DNA from: Amoebidium appalachense
Taxonomy: Eukaryota > Protista > Ichthyosporea
Direction: 5' to 3'
DNA: 64,000 bases
NCBI GenBank assembly: GCA_963693365.1
Contig: CAVNZM010000003.1
Span: forward strand, 2,460,408 to 2,524,407
The first letter of the stretch is position 1, and each line of letters begins with the position of its first letter. Of the stretch, positions 1 through 38,093 are shown one piece after another. Made by a program: the position numbers and the translations under genes. The notes beneath the pieces are model-generated. The model was not told the DNA's origin, searched no databases, and worked only from the letters and a program-made list of their open reading frames with translations.

Positions 1-814
1 AAATATATGTATGGGCGCATCGCGGGCGGTGTTGAAAGCCCCACTTCTGTTGTAAATAAAACCATATTTCAGTTCACTATGGCGGGTTTTCGTCAGATCT
101 ATTATTGGTTGAACAATCTCTTGTCATCTACTACATGTTGGTCTGCAACCTGGCGCCGGCTGGTGGGTGTGTGAGGGTGCAAACTGGTTTTTTGCCAACG
201 TTCTATCTCCACAGATGGTGCTTTCTCGACAATTGTTGAATCAACTACACTGAAAATTTGCGCCAGGGTGCACACACACAAGCACGCGCGCAAAAACCAC
301 GCACTCACATATAGCCACCAGCCGCCATGTACTGGCAGACATTCCGCAAACAGAATTCTGACTATCGATTTTGCTACAGTGAAAACCGCGCTGCTCAACC
401 CATCCTCAATAACAGCCTCCTTCTTTCAAAAGCGCTTAGCACCCACTCCCCTTTTCCAATACGTCAGGTGAGGTTCGAATCTACTCTACTGCAAACTTGC
501 CATTTTCAGCTTGAAAAGCGGACGGATGCGATTTTGTTCTGTGTGTCGTTCCGTAGTTTCTCAAGTAGTTTTCTATTATTATAGTTCCCACAGTCAAAGT
601 GCATATGGAAAAAGCGCATCATGGTATGGACATGTGTACACTATGTATGTACACACCTGGAGCCACCAACATTATGCTCCGCTTCCTTTCTTCCGGTATT
701 TTGAGCTCTTTTTTGGAAGCTGAGTTGTGTGTCTTTTAGTGCCCATGTGTGTGTGCCTGTGCATGCATTGTGGGGATCCGAGGGGGGAGGGCCGGAAGAA
801 GGTTGGGGGTAAGG

Positions 815-859
<45 letters not shown>

Positions 860-1118
860 ATATAAGGCATACCATATTGAGCGCACTTATGGCTACGGTA
901 TACAATTCACTTGAGATGTATTTGAGGGCCAATTTCTTTCCTGGTTTTTTCCCCGTTACGTTGTCAGCAGAATATTATGCTGTGACAGATACTAAAAGGC
1001 ACATTTTGTACTTTCGAAGTTCAACTTTTCATTTTTCCTCGTCGTATGTAAGTATATGTGAGTATATGTAAGTCTAGACTGGATAGGTGGGAACGTCGTT
1101 GGTGGGAGGGAAGGGGGG

Positions 1119-1171
<53 letters not shown>

Positions 1172-1298
1172 AGGAGGGGTTACACTTCCAGTGGGGAATT
1201 CACAAATCAAAATCCCTTGCCCTTCCCCCCCCCCCCCCCCCCCCCTACACACACACAAACACAACGCCTAATCTTATACGGTGGTGGTCCCCCCTTCT

Positions 1299-1337
<39 letters not shown>

Positions 1338-1604
1338 TCCCCGTCCCCCACCCACCCCTGCACTCTTTCCTCCCTTCTCCCCGGATATCCACCAATTTCG
1401 AATGGTTGTGTTCACACTAGTGTGCACTTATGTGCGCATACGCGCGTGTGTGTGTTTGTGTGTGTGTGCGTGTGTGCGCGCCCGCGCTTGCATGTGGTTG
1501 TGTGTGTGTGAGCATGTGCTTGTGTGCGCATGTGCAGTAATATGTGCCATGGTGTGTGTGTGTGTGTGTGTGTGTGTGTCGCAAGTGTCACGAGATGTTG
1601 GTTG

Positions 1605-1695
<91 letters not shown>

Positions 1696-1998
1696 AAAAT
1701 GTGGTATGTGTTTACACAGTGTGTGTTTTCAAGCTGTATTTTTCTGTGTAGTTTGCGTACTGTACCTTTGCCTGCCTGGAGGGCACACACAGACGTATTG
1801 TTGGTGTATCCGATCATAGAATTACTATGGTGACATGTTTATGTGTGTGGGCTAGTGTTTGTGTGGGTGGGTGGGTGCTGGCTGTTTGCTGTTGGCTACT
1901 ATGCAGGCATACATGTATGGTGTTTGTACCGTGCAGAGAGAGAGTGATTTTCTTATTCTATTTATTTATTTATTTATTTTTATTTTATTTTATTTTTT

Positions 1999-2035
<37 letters not shown>

Positions 2036-2582
2036 AGGGGGGGGGTGATAGAGACGCCGGGAAGAGACGGAAAGTGATAGAGAAATTGAAATGGGGAGAA
2101 ATTGTGTGTGCACAGAGATCCTTGTGCATGCGCAAGTGTCACACGGGTGCCTTTAATCTTGCAATCGGTGAGTGCAGGGTCCGTGGAATTAGTTCGGTTA
2201 ACGTGCAGTGTAGGTTTTGGTAGACCCCAGCAACAAGGGTGGGTGGGCGTGTTGGTTGGGTAGTGTTTTGGTAGGCGGGTGAGGGGAGAGGCGGGAAGGG
2301 GGGGGGGGTTGCCCGTACAGTCGGTGCACGTCAGTGCCCACACATGCCATGACACTGCAGCAGACAAAAACAAACTTTCGAACTCACAGCAATTACATAC
2401 CGGTAAATGCTCAGCTCGACGCGTGATAAGCCCTTTAGAGTCCACGATAAAGTACATGGGAGCTAGAGAAGGTCTTATTTAAAGAACAGAAGTAGCCAGA
2501 CGTATGCGCGCCTTCAAATTCACTGACAGACTGATGATCCCAAACACCACTGGCATCCGGATGATATTTAATCGATATGTAG

Positions 2583-2628
<46 letters not shown>

Positions 2629-3849
2629 ACACACACACACACACCCACCCACCCACACCCACATCCCCCCCCACACACACACACCGTGACACACACACAC
2701 ATGCATCATGTACACATGTACTCACACATGTGACACACACACGTGCACACACGCATGCGTATACATGGTACGCATGAGCAACAAACGACATATGAATGGC
2801 ATGGCCGCTATAAGTTTAACTCACAGGCTGCCACATCATTCATGATAAGGTTAGAGTTACAGGAAGCTTCATGTTTAATCTGAATCTATGTCTCATAAAA
2901 TAATTAGCACATACACCGGCCAAATCATAGTACATGTATGCACGCGTGCGCACACATGATGAGCACACACATCAGCATCACGTATATATGTGCGGTAAGT
3001 TTGAAGACAGGCGCACACAAGCCCCCCCCCCCCCCCCCCCCCCTCCCTTCCCAACACACACATGTGTACACATATGCACACACACTAGTACTAGTCAGAG
3101 ACACGTGTCACAAAACCAACCCTGAGCGACCCTGAGCACGACCAGCGAGCCCTGTGACACCGTTACGCACACACACACATCCATTGAATTTCGGAAACAC
3201 AGTCACACCCAATCGCAACAAACACAGTGTCGCGTACAGTCACACACACTGCCACACACACCTGTACACACCAACACCTTCAGAGGGCAGTGACACCCAC
3301 CCACCCACCGACAATCGAATCATAACCCCCCCCCCCCCCCCCCCCCCCAACCAATTTGAATCACGCATTATCTACACGGTGCCTATAATTCTGGCCCAGT
3401 GAGGCAGCTATAATAGCATCTGCCTCCCCGCATCCGTCTCTTCGGGGGATTCGAATCATGAGACCTATGATGGGGACACACTTTGTATGCACCAAGGGCC
3501 TTCATGCACAATACCACCCCCCCCCCTCTCCCCCCCCAACAAAAAAAACAGAACAAACAAACAAACAAAAAAACAAACAAACACAAAAAACAAAAAAGGA
3601 ACAAAAAAATTTAAAACAAGGGACATGTTTATCTAGGGAATCACTCCTCAAAACAAGAAGTGTAATCCGTACACCATTCGTTAACTCGGACACCGTTCCT
3701 TTTTTTTTGCAAGCACAACATGTGCTGGCATACTTTACTTAATCCGCACATCAAACCTTCAAACCACACCTCGAGTGTAGTATTATTAGTATCCACACAA
3801 GTGAACACACACACACATACACTCGAGAAAACGAAAATAGAACACGCGC

Positions 3850-10623
<6,774 letters not shown>

Positions 10624-12145
10624 CCTGTAACACCACAAAAGACTTCGTAAGAACAGGCAACCAACCAGAAACCTCCTTTTGCACAGCAACCGGGCCTGAA
10701 CCAACAAGTGTGGGCTGGTATGACAGGAATATTGACTGTGAGTTGTTCAGCTTTCCTCTGCGATCGCCTAATATGCCCCAATAAATTCGTGCCTTAAGGC
10801 CCCTTCCCTTGCTTGTGTTTATAGAAGAAGCGTCGTGTTCCAGCTCTCTCAAGCACTCTGGGGGTGCAGGGAAACAGATGGCCTCTCACATTACCAAGAT
10901 GCCCGTCGAAAGCTTGCAAATGATGTACCCGAAAAAACGACAAACATACGTGCGTTCTAACCTGTGGTTCGCACACTGGTGAAGCCCGGATGTTGGCTGG
11001 CAAAAAACGAGCTCGGGCCGGCTGCACACGCGCTGAAGCTCTCTTCGTCGGAGTCCGCGTTTTTCAGGCCACACTTTAGGATACACTGGCGCAGCATATA
11101 TGAATTTATGTGCGCGCTGCATGAGCAGTGATCGGTTTGCATTTCTCGCTGGAACATCGAAACACTAATCGTGCAAATGTGGCAAGGTAAAAATGGATCG
11201 CTCATTCACCTTCATGGGAAGGCATTGCGATGGACTTTCTGCGAGAAAATAATTGGATATTGTCGCATAAAGCAAGCTTACAGCTCAATGTAGCTTATTT
11301 TAATGCTTATTTCCTGCTATGCCTGTCTTATGCGTTACCAGGGCAGTGTTTTCGCCCTTGAGTGCCCTGTCCTCCAAGCACCCCTAAATCGCGATCAAAC
11401 CCGATTTTAAAACTTATATTAGGCATATATCCCAATCTATGTCTAGTCGAAGTGCAAGGCTGACTAGAGGCTATAGCCTGTTTGTTGATCCAATCAATGA
11501 CTGCATTCAAAAGTTTAGCTCATGTATATTTTGTTAGCGAATCGTATAGCTGTTTAACTGTATAACATTAACAAATACGAGACAGTTATCGGCGGGACAA
11601 CAACCGCCACACAGCTCTTTGAAGTACACCGCCAGCCTGCAGCTGAGACTTGAGTTGCGTGTCTGAAACGACGTCTCAGAGTTAGGAGAGTTCCTTTAAG
11701 AGAAATCCTTAGGATATTAATGAAAGCTCATATGGGTAACTTTAGTTTTCGAAGAGTTGAATTGGCAGCAGCATTACAGCGGCTACAGTGAGAGTGAGCA
11801 CACGAACATCGTTTGGATCATAGTGCGTGGTTCTGGGTTTTACTCGTAGTTTAGCACAGTATAGCTGGTTTAGATGCATCAACAGCATTCTAAATAGGCT
11901 ATAGCAGCAGGTGCCACGTCCAACAGGCTGCTTAAGGGGTCTCCATGCATGCATAAACACAAAGGTGCGACTTTCTGTTCCTACCACCTTGTGACCGTGT
12001 CCGAAAACTTTTCAAGCTTACTCGTAAATCACGCAGAATCATATCCCCTCCTGCCGCCCCTCCTCCGCCCCTTCCCGTTTCCGCTCTAACACACGCCCTT
12101 TTTTCTCTCTCTCTCTCACATGCCCACTCCCCCCCCCCCCCTCAC

Positions 12146-12192
<47 letters not shown>

Positions 12193-12679
12193 AGTTCTTC
12201 CCTTACCTGCCCCTTTCCCCATTTTTCACGATCCCCCCCGTCCCCCCTGCCCATCCCCTTCCTCACCTCCCCACTTCTCCCCGTTTCCCCTGTTCCCATC
12301 TTTCGCTGTCGTTCCATTTTCATCGTGTTGCCGTTCCAATCTTATGTCCTGATTCACACCACCCATATTCTCTTTCTTGTGTTTGTGTGTGGTTTTCCTC
12401 TAACAAAATAGGCCTAGGAATGCCTTGGTATATTGTAGGCGTTCGTGCTTTTTTTTTGGGCATGAATTGCTGAACACCCGAGTGCCTTCTCTTCACCCTC
12501 GCTCTGTTTTGGAGTTGGTTTCCGTTTGAATGTTACAGAACTCGAGCATGGTCGTTTCCGACTGATTCTCCTGAAGCTTGTGTTTGATTTCTCTTACTTT
12601 GTCCTTGTTTGTGACTTACATTATTCTATGGCCTGCAAGGTGTTCTTCTCTTCTTTTTATTCTTTAATGTGTCACATCG

Positions 12680-12787
<108 letters not shown>

Positions 12788-12859
12788 CCCCCCCCCCCCC
12801 GGGGCACACACCCACATACACCCACACCCACACACACTGTCACTCTCTCTCCCTCTCTC

Positions 12860-12927
<68 letters not shown>

Positions 12928-13240
12928 CCTGTCCCCCCCCCCCCCCCCCCCACACACACACTCTCTCTCTCTCTCCCGCTCTCGTGCTGGGGCTCTCTCT
13001 CTCTCTCTTCCACCTGCCCCCCCCCCCTCCCCCCCCCTTTCCTTCCTCTCATTCGCTCTTCTTCCCCCCATTGACACCCCCCTCCCCCCCGGATGCCCCC
13101 TTAGCGGTACGGCGCAGTCCTTTTCTCTCTCACCACCTCCTTTTTGTAATTAACGTCTATATCTGTACCTCTGCAGGACCACACACCACACCCTAATAGT
13201 TTTCGTTGTCAGAGCCCGTTTTGGGCACCACTACGCAGAC

Positions 13241-29795
<16,555 letters not shown>

Positions 29796-30040
29796 TCGGC
29801 CCTAATCGGATGCCAGATCTCGTTTGATCTTTGGTCGATCGTGTATATAATCGGATGCACGTTCTCGTAAGGTTTAGCCATTGCTATTACATTTTGGCAT
29901 GTTAGGTCACGTGTGCAACTGCAAATATTGCCGTGATTCATAGTTGCATCGGACCTATACCATACCATCCGTTTGGTTTAAACATAGAGGCCCGGCTGAT
30001 GCAAAATGAAGACCCAATGCTTGTTATCTTATTTAGAGGG

Positions 30041-30071
<31 letters not shown>

Positions 30072-30128
30072 TTTCTTTTTCTTTTTCTTTTTCTTTTTCT
30101 TTTTCTTTTTTTTTTTTTTTTTTTTTTT

Positions 30129-30184
<56 letters not shown>

Positions 30185-30429
30185 ATTATTTGTTTTACTT
30201 GCAATGCTTCATCGAATGACGGGATTGGACTAACATTTATGCAGGATCTTGTTAGTAGGTGTGAACTGAGGAATGAAATTGGAGCATGAAAGGGGTTGAA
30301 CCTTCATTTCTCTGTATGAATGCACATAGTATTACCGTCAACGCGCCCCTTGCCAAGGATATACAATGTCGATTTGCGGATATTTCTTTCGCTGCTGGGT
30401 ATGTTTGATTTGTAGACACACGTGCAAGT

Positions 30430-30507
<78 letters not shown>

Positions 30508-31000
30508 GCACATGTACACACGTGAGCACATATTGGAAACTTATTACGGTATAGTGTTGTTTATGCATCCTACTTCTCTATGCCCTTGAATGCACTCGCC
30601 CCAGTAGTCAGCCACCATCATACATTAAAAGTTCGGTCAACACTGGTAAAATGCATTTCTTACTCCCCACCAAAAAATGGGCCCCGAAGGAATAAATGCG
30701 CAGGGTTGCTCCCACAATGTACATGGTTACCGTGACACACACAATCTCCCTCCCCCTCCCTCCCCCCCCCCCCCTCCCTCCCTCCCTCTCTCTCCCTCCC
30801 CCCTCCCTCCCTCCCTCCCTCCCTCCCTCCCTCCCTCGCTCTCTCCCTCCCTCCCTACTCCCCTCGCTCTCTCCCTCCCTCCCTCCCTCCCTCCCTCCCT
30901 CCCTCCCTCCCTCCCTCCCTCCCTCCCTCCCTCCCTCCCTCCCTCCCTTCCTCCCTCCCTCCCTCCCTCCCTCCCTCCCTCCCTCTCTCCCTCCCTCCCT

Positions 31001-31092
<92 letters not shown>

Positions 31093-31427
31093 CCCACTCT
31101 CTTGCACTCTCGCTCTCTCACTCCCTCGCTCTTTCGCTCTCGCCTCCCCCCCCCCCCCCAATACGTTAGTAGTCAGATACTTAACACCGCCCCTCACCAG
31201 CGCCCAGCCCATTTAATGGCACATCATTACCATTTGAGTCATTATAAAAGCATGGCATGTACACTGCAGATCCATACGTAGGTTTGCAGACAGCTATTTA
31301 TGTGTCTGCAGAGCAGCTATTTTGACATCACACTGCACACAATAACAGGTGGTCATGATGGGCTAATCGTTGCACATCCGTTTTGTACATGTCTAACGTA
31401 ACAACAACAACAACAACCCCCCCCCCC

Positions 31428-31466
<39 letters not shown>

Positions 31467-31504
31467 ACCACCACTACCACTACTACCAGGCTACCACCTG
31501 TATT

Positions 31505-31549
<45 letters not shown>

Positions 31550-31802
31550 AAAAAAAAAACAACAACAACAACCCCCACACCCCCACACCCACACATACCC
31601 ACACACACACGTTGCGCAGGCTCAAACTTTTCCTGCAGTCGTTAGATCCCCTCTCCCAGCGCTTTCACCAACAACTTCATATTGTATAAATGCTAATCCT
31701 ACACAAGGCAAGATATTCCTACTTTTTTTTAGTTGTATAAATCAGGGGGTTTAGGGCAGAAAATTGCCCCTGAAATCACCACATTTCCGGCCTGCGAATT
31801 CG

Positions 31803-32126
31803 CACATTACTCCTACTTTTAATATTTTTAGATTCTGCTTTTTTTTGCGCGCCAAAACTTTCTGCGCATGCCCAAATTTCTATATATGGCTAATCATGTG
31901 ATCGTGCGAAAATTATTGGTAATTTAAAGGCCCGTGCTAGCTGTCCCTCCCCCCCCCCCCCCCCCCCCTCCCACCCCCCACCCCCACATTACTCCTACTT
32001 TTAATTTTTTTAGATTCTGCTTTTTTTTTGCGCGCCAAAACTTTCTGCGCATGCCCAAATTTCTATATATGGCTAATCATGTGATCGTGCGAAAATTATT
32101 GGTAATTTAAAGGCCCGTGCTAGCTG
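31803..32126. repeat. Direct duplication of a ~140-bp segment separated by a C-run
   Basis: CACATTACTCCTAC...GGCCCGTGCTAGCTG at 31803-31943 and 31985-32126. Could be a real duplication or an assembly duplication. Confidence 0.8.
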
Positions 32127-32154
32127 CCCCCCCCCCCCCCCCCCTGCCCCCCCC

Positions 32155-32219
<65 letters not shown>

Positions 32220-32931
32220 CTCCCCTTTGGTAATGGTGGTTGGTTGGTTGGTTTGGGGGTGGGGGGTGGGGGATTCTGAAGAGCATCGACCCGGCCGGAC
32301 AGTGCGTACGTGGCATAAAGATTGAAATGAGGTTGGGGCTTTTATTAGAATGTGAACCAGTCACAGTATACACCCGCATGTATTATCCCTATTAAACCTT
32401 GTCATATTTCCAGATATTCTTTCCAACCTCTGCATTTTCCGGATAGTATACATACTGGATATGCTGAAAATGTGATCCAGTGGCGGTTAAACGTGCAGAT
32501 ACCAATCTATGCCTGCAAATACAACCCCCCAACTTCCTCACATTTCCGGATATCACAAAAAATAATGTGGTGGATACATCCAATTTATGAACCGGTCTGA
32601 ATCCTAACTGAAGGTGCTTTCAATACCAAACGTTGTCCGGCCCTCACTAAATAACGATTCTGTACATACATGGCTAAATGAGGCTTTTATAGCGTAAAAT
32701 AAAAAAAAAGATAATAAGCAATCTTTGCTGCCATAGTAAGCAGTACCACGCTACTATAAGCGGAAGAACTACCCCGTTCTTTCTAACTTAAAAACACAGT
32801 ATCTGTCTGTGTGTGTCACATGATGTTCTTCTATACTTTGGATATGCCAAGGAGTAGAAAGCAATGCACATTTGATTGTACGTATGTAACGGCTTGAACT
32901 AGCATGTGCTCGCATGTATGTGCATGCCCAA

Positions 32932-35900
32932 CTACTCGCTAGGAACCACCTGGCAGAAGTCCTTGTAAACGGGGTCGCAGCTGACACCCTGGCACCACTT
33001 ATCCCACCACTTCTGCGCGGGGTTCTTGCCCTTGCACGCCATTGGCCGCAGATCATACGGCGACATCATCGCGCACACGCCCTTGGCAACGCATTTCTTG
33101 GCTGTGTCAGCGAGTTTGGAGCACCAATTATCTGGTGCGATGGCTGGGCGGAGCGACCGGCAGGTGGTAGTATACACGGCGTTTACGAGGAGGTTTGGGG
33201 AGACCAAGTCGGTGGGGAGGCTGCTGATGACGTCCTTGACGGCATTTCCTAATATGGCGTTGCGGACCTGCAAGGAAAAAATAGCCAATGTTAGTAATTG
33301 GGCACCTAAAAATGGCACGGTGTCATTAAACTTTCGGAGGCAGAGGTCTAGGTGGATGTTAAGGGCCTTGGCAAGGTTGTTGATTAAGAATTCTTTCTTT
33401 TCAGAAGTAAGCCTCGTGGCATGCATCTGTGTGCACGTTGTCTATTGGCCGGTCAGAAAGGGAGGGGGGGGGGGGGGGGGGGGTTATTAAATGTTTTCAC
33501 CTCGACAGGACCGGCATATGGAAACTGACTCAAATAGACGGCGGCGGTTCCGGCAACAAGCGGAGCCGAAACAGACGTACCAATGTCTGCCTCAATGTCG
33601 CTCATCGTGCCGGCAATAGCCCCCTGGACAAACACACCCGGGGCAAAGATGTCCACACACGGGCCGTAGTTGCTGAACCGAACATACTGGTCACGGTATG
33701 CCGTGGCACCGACGGTGGTGGCGTTCCCAACCCAGCTGGGGGATAGGAGGCATGCGTCAACACCATTGTTTCCTGCGGCGTTGTAAAAGGTAACACGGTC
33801 GGCCCATAGAAGGTCGATGAGTTGTTTGTAGAATGGGGTCGGGTTGCCGTCCAGGACTGATGTGACCGCGACTGCCGGCCGGGTTTTGTCCGGGCGGTTG
33901 AGAATGGAGTCAAGACCCTGTGTGTGAGTCGATTAGTACACAGAGGCAATGGTTTGCATATCACTGAGAGTGTGTGTGCTTTGTGTGTCTGTGTGTGCGT
34001 CGTGCGCACACGTGAGGGACTTTATTTTTATTTCATTTTTTTTTTTAAAAAAAATAGTTTTTCAAAACTGAAACTTGGGTGTGTGCTGGGTGGCGGGGAT
34101 GCCCCCGCAGGGGGGGGAGGGGGGAGTTATGGAGTTATAGAGACATACCGAGAGAACTGTGTACGTTGACCCCATCAAGCCGCCCGTAGCAGGGTTCAGG
34201 GTCACCACCTTCACACCCTTGACTGTTGCCTGGTTGGCCACGCCCACGGTCTTGCCTGCCGCCACACTGGCCACAAACGTGCCGTGCGTCAGCGGGTCAC
34301 TGCAGTCCGTCGTGCTGCCCGTGGAGGACAGCCCGGGGAACGACCAGTAGCACGACCCACGCCCTGGGTGGAAGGAATGGTTAGGGTTAGGTAACATGTT
34401 TGATGTTTTTTTTTCTTCTTTCTTTCTTTAGGTGCATTGTTTGGACAGAAGATGGAGGTACGAAACATTTGGATACTATTCTCGGAGGAAAACAGGGAGA
34501 AGGTGGAGGCAGGCTTATGCATCACTGAAGGCAACATCAATGATGAAGAAGGGAAAGACAGAGAAAATGTGTTCGTGAGGCAATAACTCACCTTCGAATT
34601 CTTGGTGGGCAAAGTCCAGGCCCGAGTCCACGACATAAATGTCCACCCCCTGGCCTCTCCATGGGCCCGGGTTGAACGGCTGGTTATCCAACGGGAGATA
34701 TCTCTGATCGAGTCTATCCAGTGCCCAGGGATATCCCGAGAATATCTGCTGGTCGGTGATGGCCAGGCCCAGAGACTCGATAGATAGACCACGCATGTCA
34801 CTTACTTGCAGTTGACGCCTTTTTCGGTATCTGGCAAAGGGAGCCGCGGCCTGAATTTCAACTTTTTGGTCTTGGGTGATTGATGCGACGTTGGGGTCGT
34901 TTCTGAGCATCTGCACCTCGGTTTCGGAGAGCGTCATTGCAACGACGTTGAGTGATTTTACAACGGCCTGTGAATGAAAACATGACGTATAAGTGGCAAG
35001 GAAAAGAAACAAAAAAGGCGTGGAAGTGGTTATGTGTAATGCATGCCGAAGGCTCTCCCTGACTCCACCACTTCCCTCTAAGTTCCCCATATTTGCTACT
35101 CTTTTATCTCAATTCAAGTTTATTTGTGCCGTAATTTGATATCTACAGCTTGGAATGGATGGAAATTGGAGAGAGGGTTGAGAGGAGAAAAAGGAGAAGG
35201 TGAATCAGTTTGGTGAATCTAGGGAGACTGAGTGACTTCCTTTCTCCAACAAAAGAAAAGAGACGGGGCACAACGAAAAGGAGGAGAAACTAAAAGACCT
35301 ACCGGGTCTTTGCCGGTGAGCTCTTTTATTCTGTTGACGACAGGTGTGATATCGAACCCTGGGTCATATTGCACCATGTACTGCCCCGGGATGTTGTTGG
35401 GGTTGCCGGGTTCCTGGAGGAAAGCAAAGTTTTTTTTTTTTAGAAAGAACTGTTATGCTGCAATCATCTGTTTATTCGACTAAATGTGAATGGTACAAAA
35501 AACGTTGTTTGTACGTGCGGCCGTGCTTCTTTTCGCATAGCGCAGAAGACATTTTGCTTATGATGAAAATTCTAATAGAACTAGCCATATCTTATAGAAT
35601 GCCGAGTATCTGTGCGCCATACTGCAATATTCCTACAGGGCTCTTTCTTGTGTCCGCACACAAATGTGCTGGTCATGAGCACACTCAGTCATTCGTGCTT
35701 CAGTGTCATGGCCCATGCATGCGCGCCGTGAAAACATTTGTGCTGTGCATGTGTTAGGGTGTATCACTACAGCCATTCCGTTTGCAAAATACTTCAATGT
35801 TTGTGCACTGGTGAACACATGCTCAAGTACATTTTACTTTTTCGTTTTTATATGCCCATTGAATACGTAATAAACTGGGAAGCTCAGATGCCACACAAGC

Positions 35901-36042
35901 ATAATGCTTGAGGGGTTTTTGCGTTTTTATACTAGCCCAGACATGCATCACATACCGTGTAAACTGGTGAAGGACCCTCTATGGCTGAGGCTGCGTATAC
36001 ACACAGCCCCAAAGTCGCTGCTATACTTTGTAGAAAATGCAT
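32932..36042 (-). CDS. Secreted subtilisin-like serine protease (S8, proteinase K-like) with I9-type propeptide and Cys-rich C-terminal domain, copy 1; 6 exons
   Basis: Exons 35956-36042 (signal peptide MHFLQSIAATLGLCVYAASA), 35303-35413 (IPGQYMVQY), 34592-34967 (LRNDPNVASITQDQKV, WALDRLDQR, VDIYVVDSG = catalytic Asp), 34149-34363 (THGTFVAS = His), 33501-33917 (AAGN oxyanion Asn, FSNYGPCVDIFAPG, GTSVSAPLVAG = Ser) and 32932-33267. All junctions are GT..AG and in phase. Confidence 0.93.
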
Positions 36043-38093
36043 GGTCGCTGAATTTTTATGTCCTGGAGGACGTTCACTTTCTTGCGTGGTAAAAACGAAA
36101 GGGAGCGCTAAAAGAAGATATTTATGAGGGGATTTCTCCTGATTACTGCCCTGTTTCTTGATGGACTTGCCGGCACTCTATGCCTCGCTAAGAAAATTTT
36201 GAAATAGCAATGCTTGGTGTCGTTTTCTGGGTTATGTTCTGAGTTGGAAAAAAGGATTTGGTGCGATGTGAACTTTTCAAATTGAGTGTTAGTGTTAGAA
36301 ATGTTAGATAACATATGTTAGAGAAAAAACCAGTTGAGCAGAGTCTTGACGTAGATTTTTCGGTGTGGGTCAGTAGAGCGAGCGTGGATGTCCAAGAATC
36401 AAATTATTCAAGTTCCTAGTGCATGGCACTGTGATCGATTCCACTCAGGTCTGGGCCCCTTGTACGCGAAGAACACTGGGCGAGACAGGAAATTCCGCTG
36501 GTTGCCCTTGGTATGCGAATGCATGCCAACCATTCCATTTAGAGGAAGACCGTCTGAATGGGGCGTGCCTGCTAAACATAATAGAATAGTCTTTCCTTGG
36601 TCTTTAGAAACGATTCCCACAGCATCCTTTATATTTATAGCACCAAAGAACTTCTTTTTATGCTAGTGAAGTGCATTTTCAACGTAGGGGGTTTGCTCTG
36701 GCTTCAGATACACGTGCAGTCGTGTTTACACGTGCACGCCTGGATAAGCTGAGGTATTCGAAGTATCCGAAAAAATAACGTTTTGACCATGATTGGACGA
36801 TATTGTTATCTTATTGTCAACGGTATTTGAACCTTCCCTCACTCGTATTTAGACTGTGTCAAAGACCCTGTCATCGTTCCCGAAATAATTCAGCAGAAGT
36901 TGGGTAATTTGGCAAAGATCTTATTTTTTTTCTTTGGAGACTGGAAGAAGGTTACGCCACTACCGTTTACTCTAACGTCCACCGTCTTCAACGTGATTTG
37001 ATTCATGAACACCTGGAAGGAATTTCAAGGATCTATGACGTCAGAAGATGAGCGATTGTGATTGGTTTCCCTATAAAAGTTACTAAAACCCAACTGCAAT
37101 GCGCTTTGAAAACAATGTGACAGGAAAGGCGGGTGAAAGGGTTTTTTTGATGAATATATAGTTCAAGTTAACTGTATACACTACATAACATGTGGGTGTT
37201 CATTCTCTCTCCAACACAGCTGTGGCCGAACTGAAGACGAACTCTGCTACGAAGGAATTCAAGGTATGAGCGTTGATTGGCTTAAAATTATCAACAAAAT
37301 AGTGAAGTTCAGTCAGTGGCCATGGCCCAATGGGGTTCCTGTCACCGTGCCTGAAGAAGAATTCATGGGTCGCAACTCATGAGGAGCCTGTTTTAGGCCA
37401 AATAAGCTTGGTGTAAAAATGTGTGCCGTTGAAATATATTACTGTATGACGCAGCATAATTTATCTATATGTCTTTCATTCGTCCGTGTGATATCCGCGC
37501 GGCGCCACATGCATGAGTGAGTCAGGAAACGCCACTGCCCACTGGTGCGTGCACGATCGATCCGGGCCCGCCAACCATGCTCGAAGCTGAGATACAATTC
37601 TAAGGACTTCAAGCAAATGCGTAATTGTTGCTACACTGACGTAAGCGCCTAAAAAGGCGGCGTGGAAACCATTCATATTGACGTTTTCCTTGATTGCAGT
37701 GTTGTCCTTGGGCTGAGAAGCTGCAACTCGGATGACATCGATCAGCGGCCTGCCTTAGCCTGCTGGCCAATTAAAAAGCACATTTGCATTTTACCCTCCT
37801 CAAAGGCGCAATAAATCGGCATTCCATGCGTGTCACTGATCACGCGCCAAGATCACCAACGATCACGTAAATGTGTGAAATTTTAAAAACATAATTCGAT
37901 TGATTATCCGGACAGTGGAGTCCAGGAGTATCTGGGTAGGCTACTGTACCGTAGTTAATAATTCGGTAGCCGTAGTTCAGTCCGTCTTCGAAGTTCATAT
38001 TCAAGCTCTGAAATAATTGCATATTTAAAAGCATTAAGATGAGATTAAACAAAAATTACATAAAAACTCCTCAATGCCACACCACATACATAG

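Noticed and set aside
1-3500. Possible gene at the window start (short splice-flanked segments at ~345-467, ~970-1043 and ~2390-2580)
   Set aside because: I found no recognisable motif and could not build an in-phase model. A divergent gene cannot be excluded.
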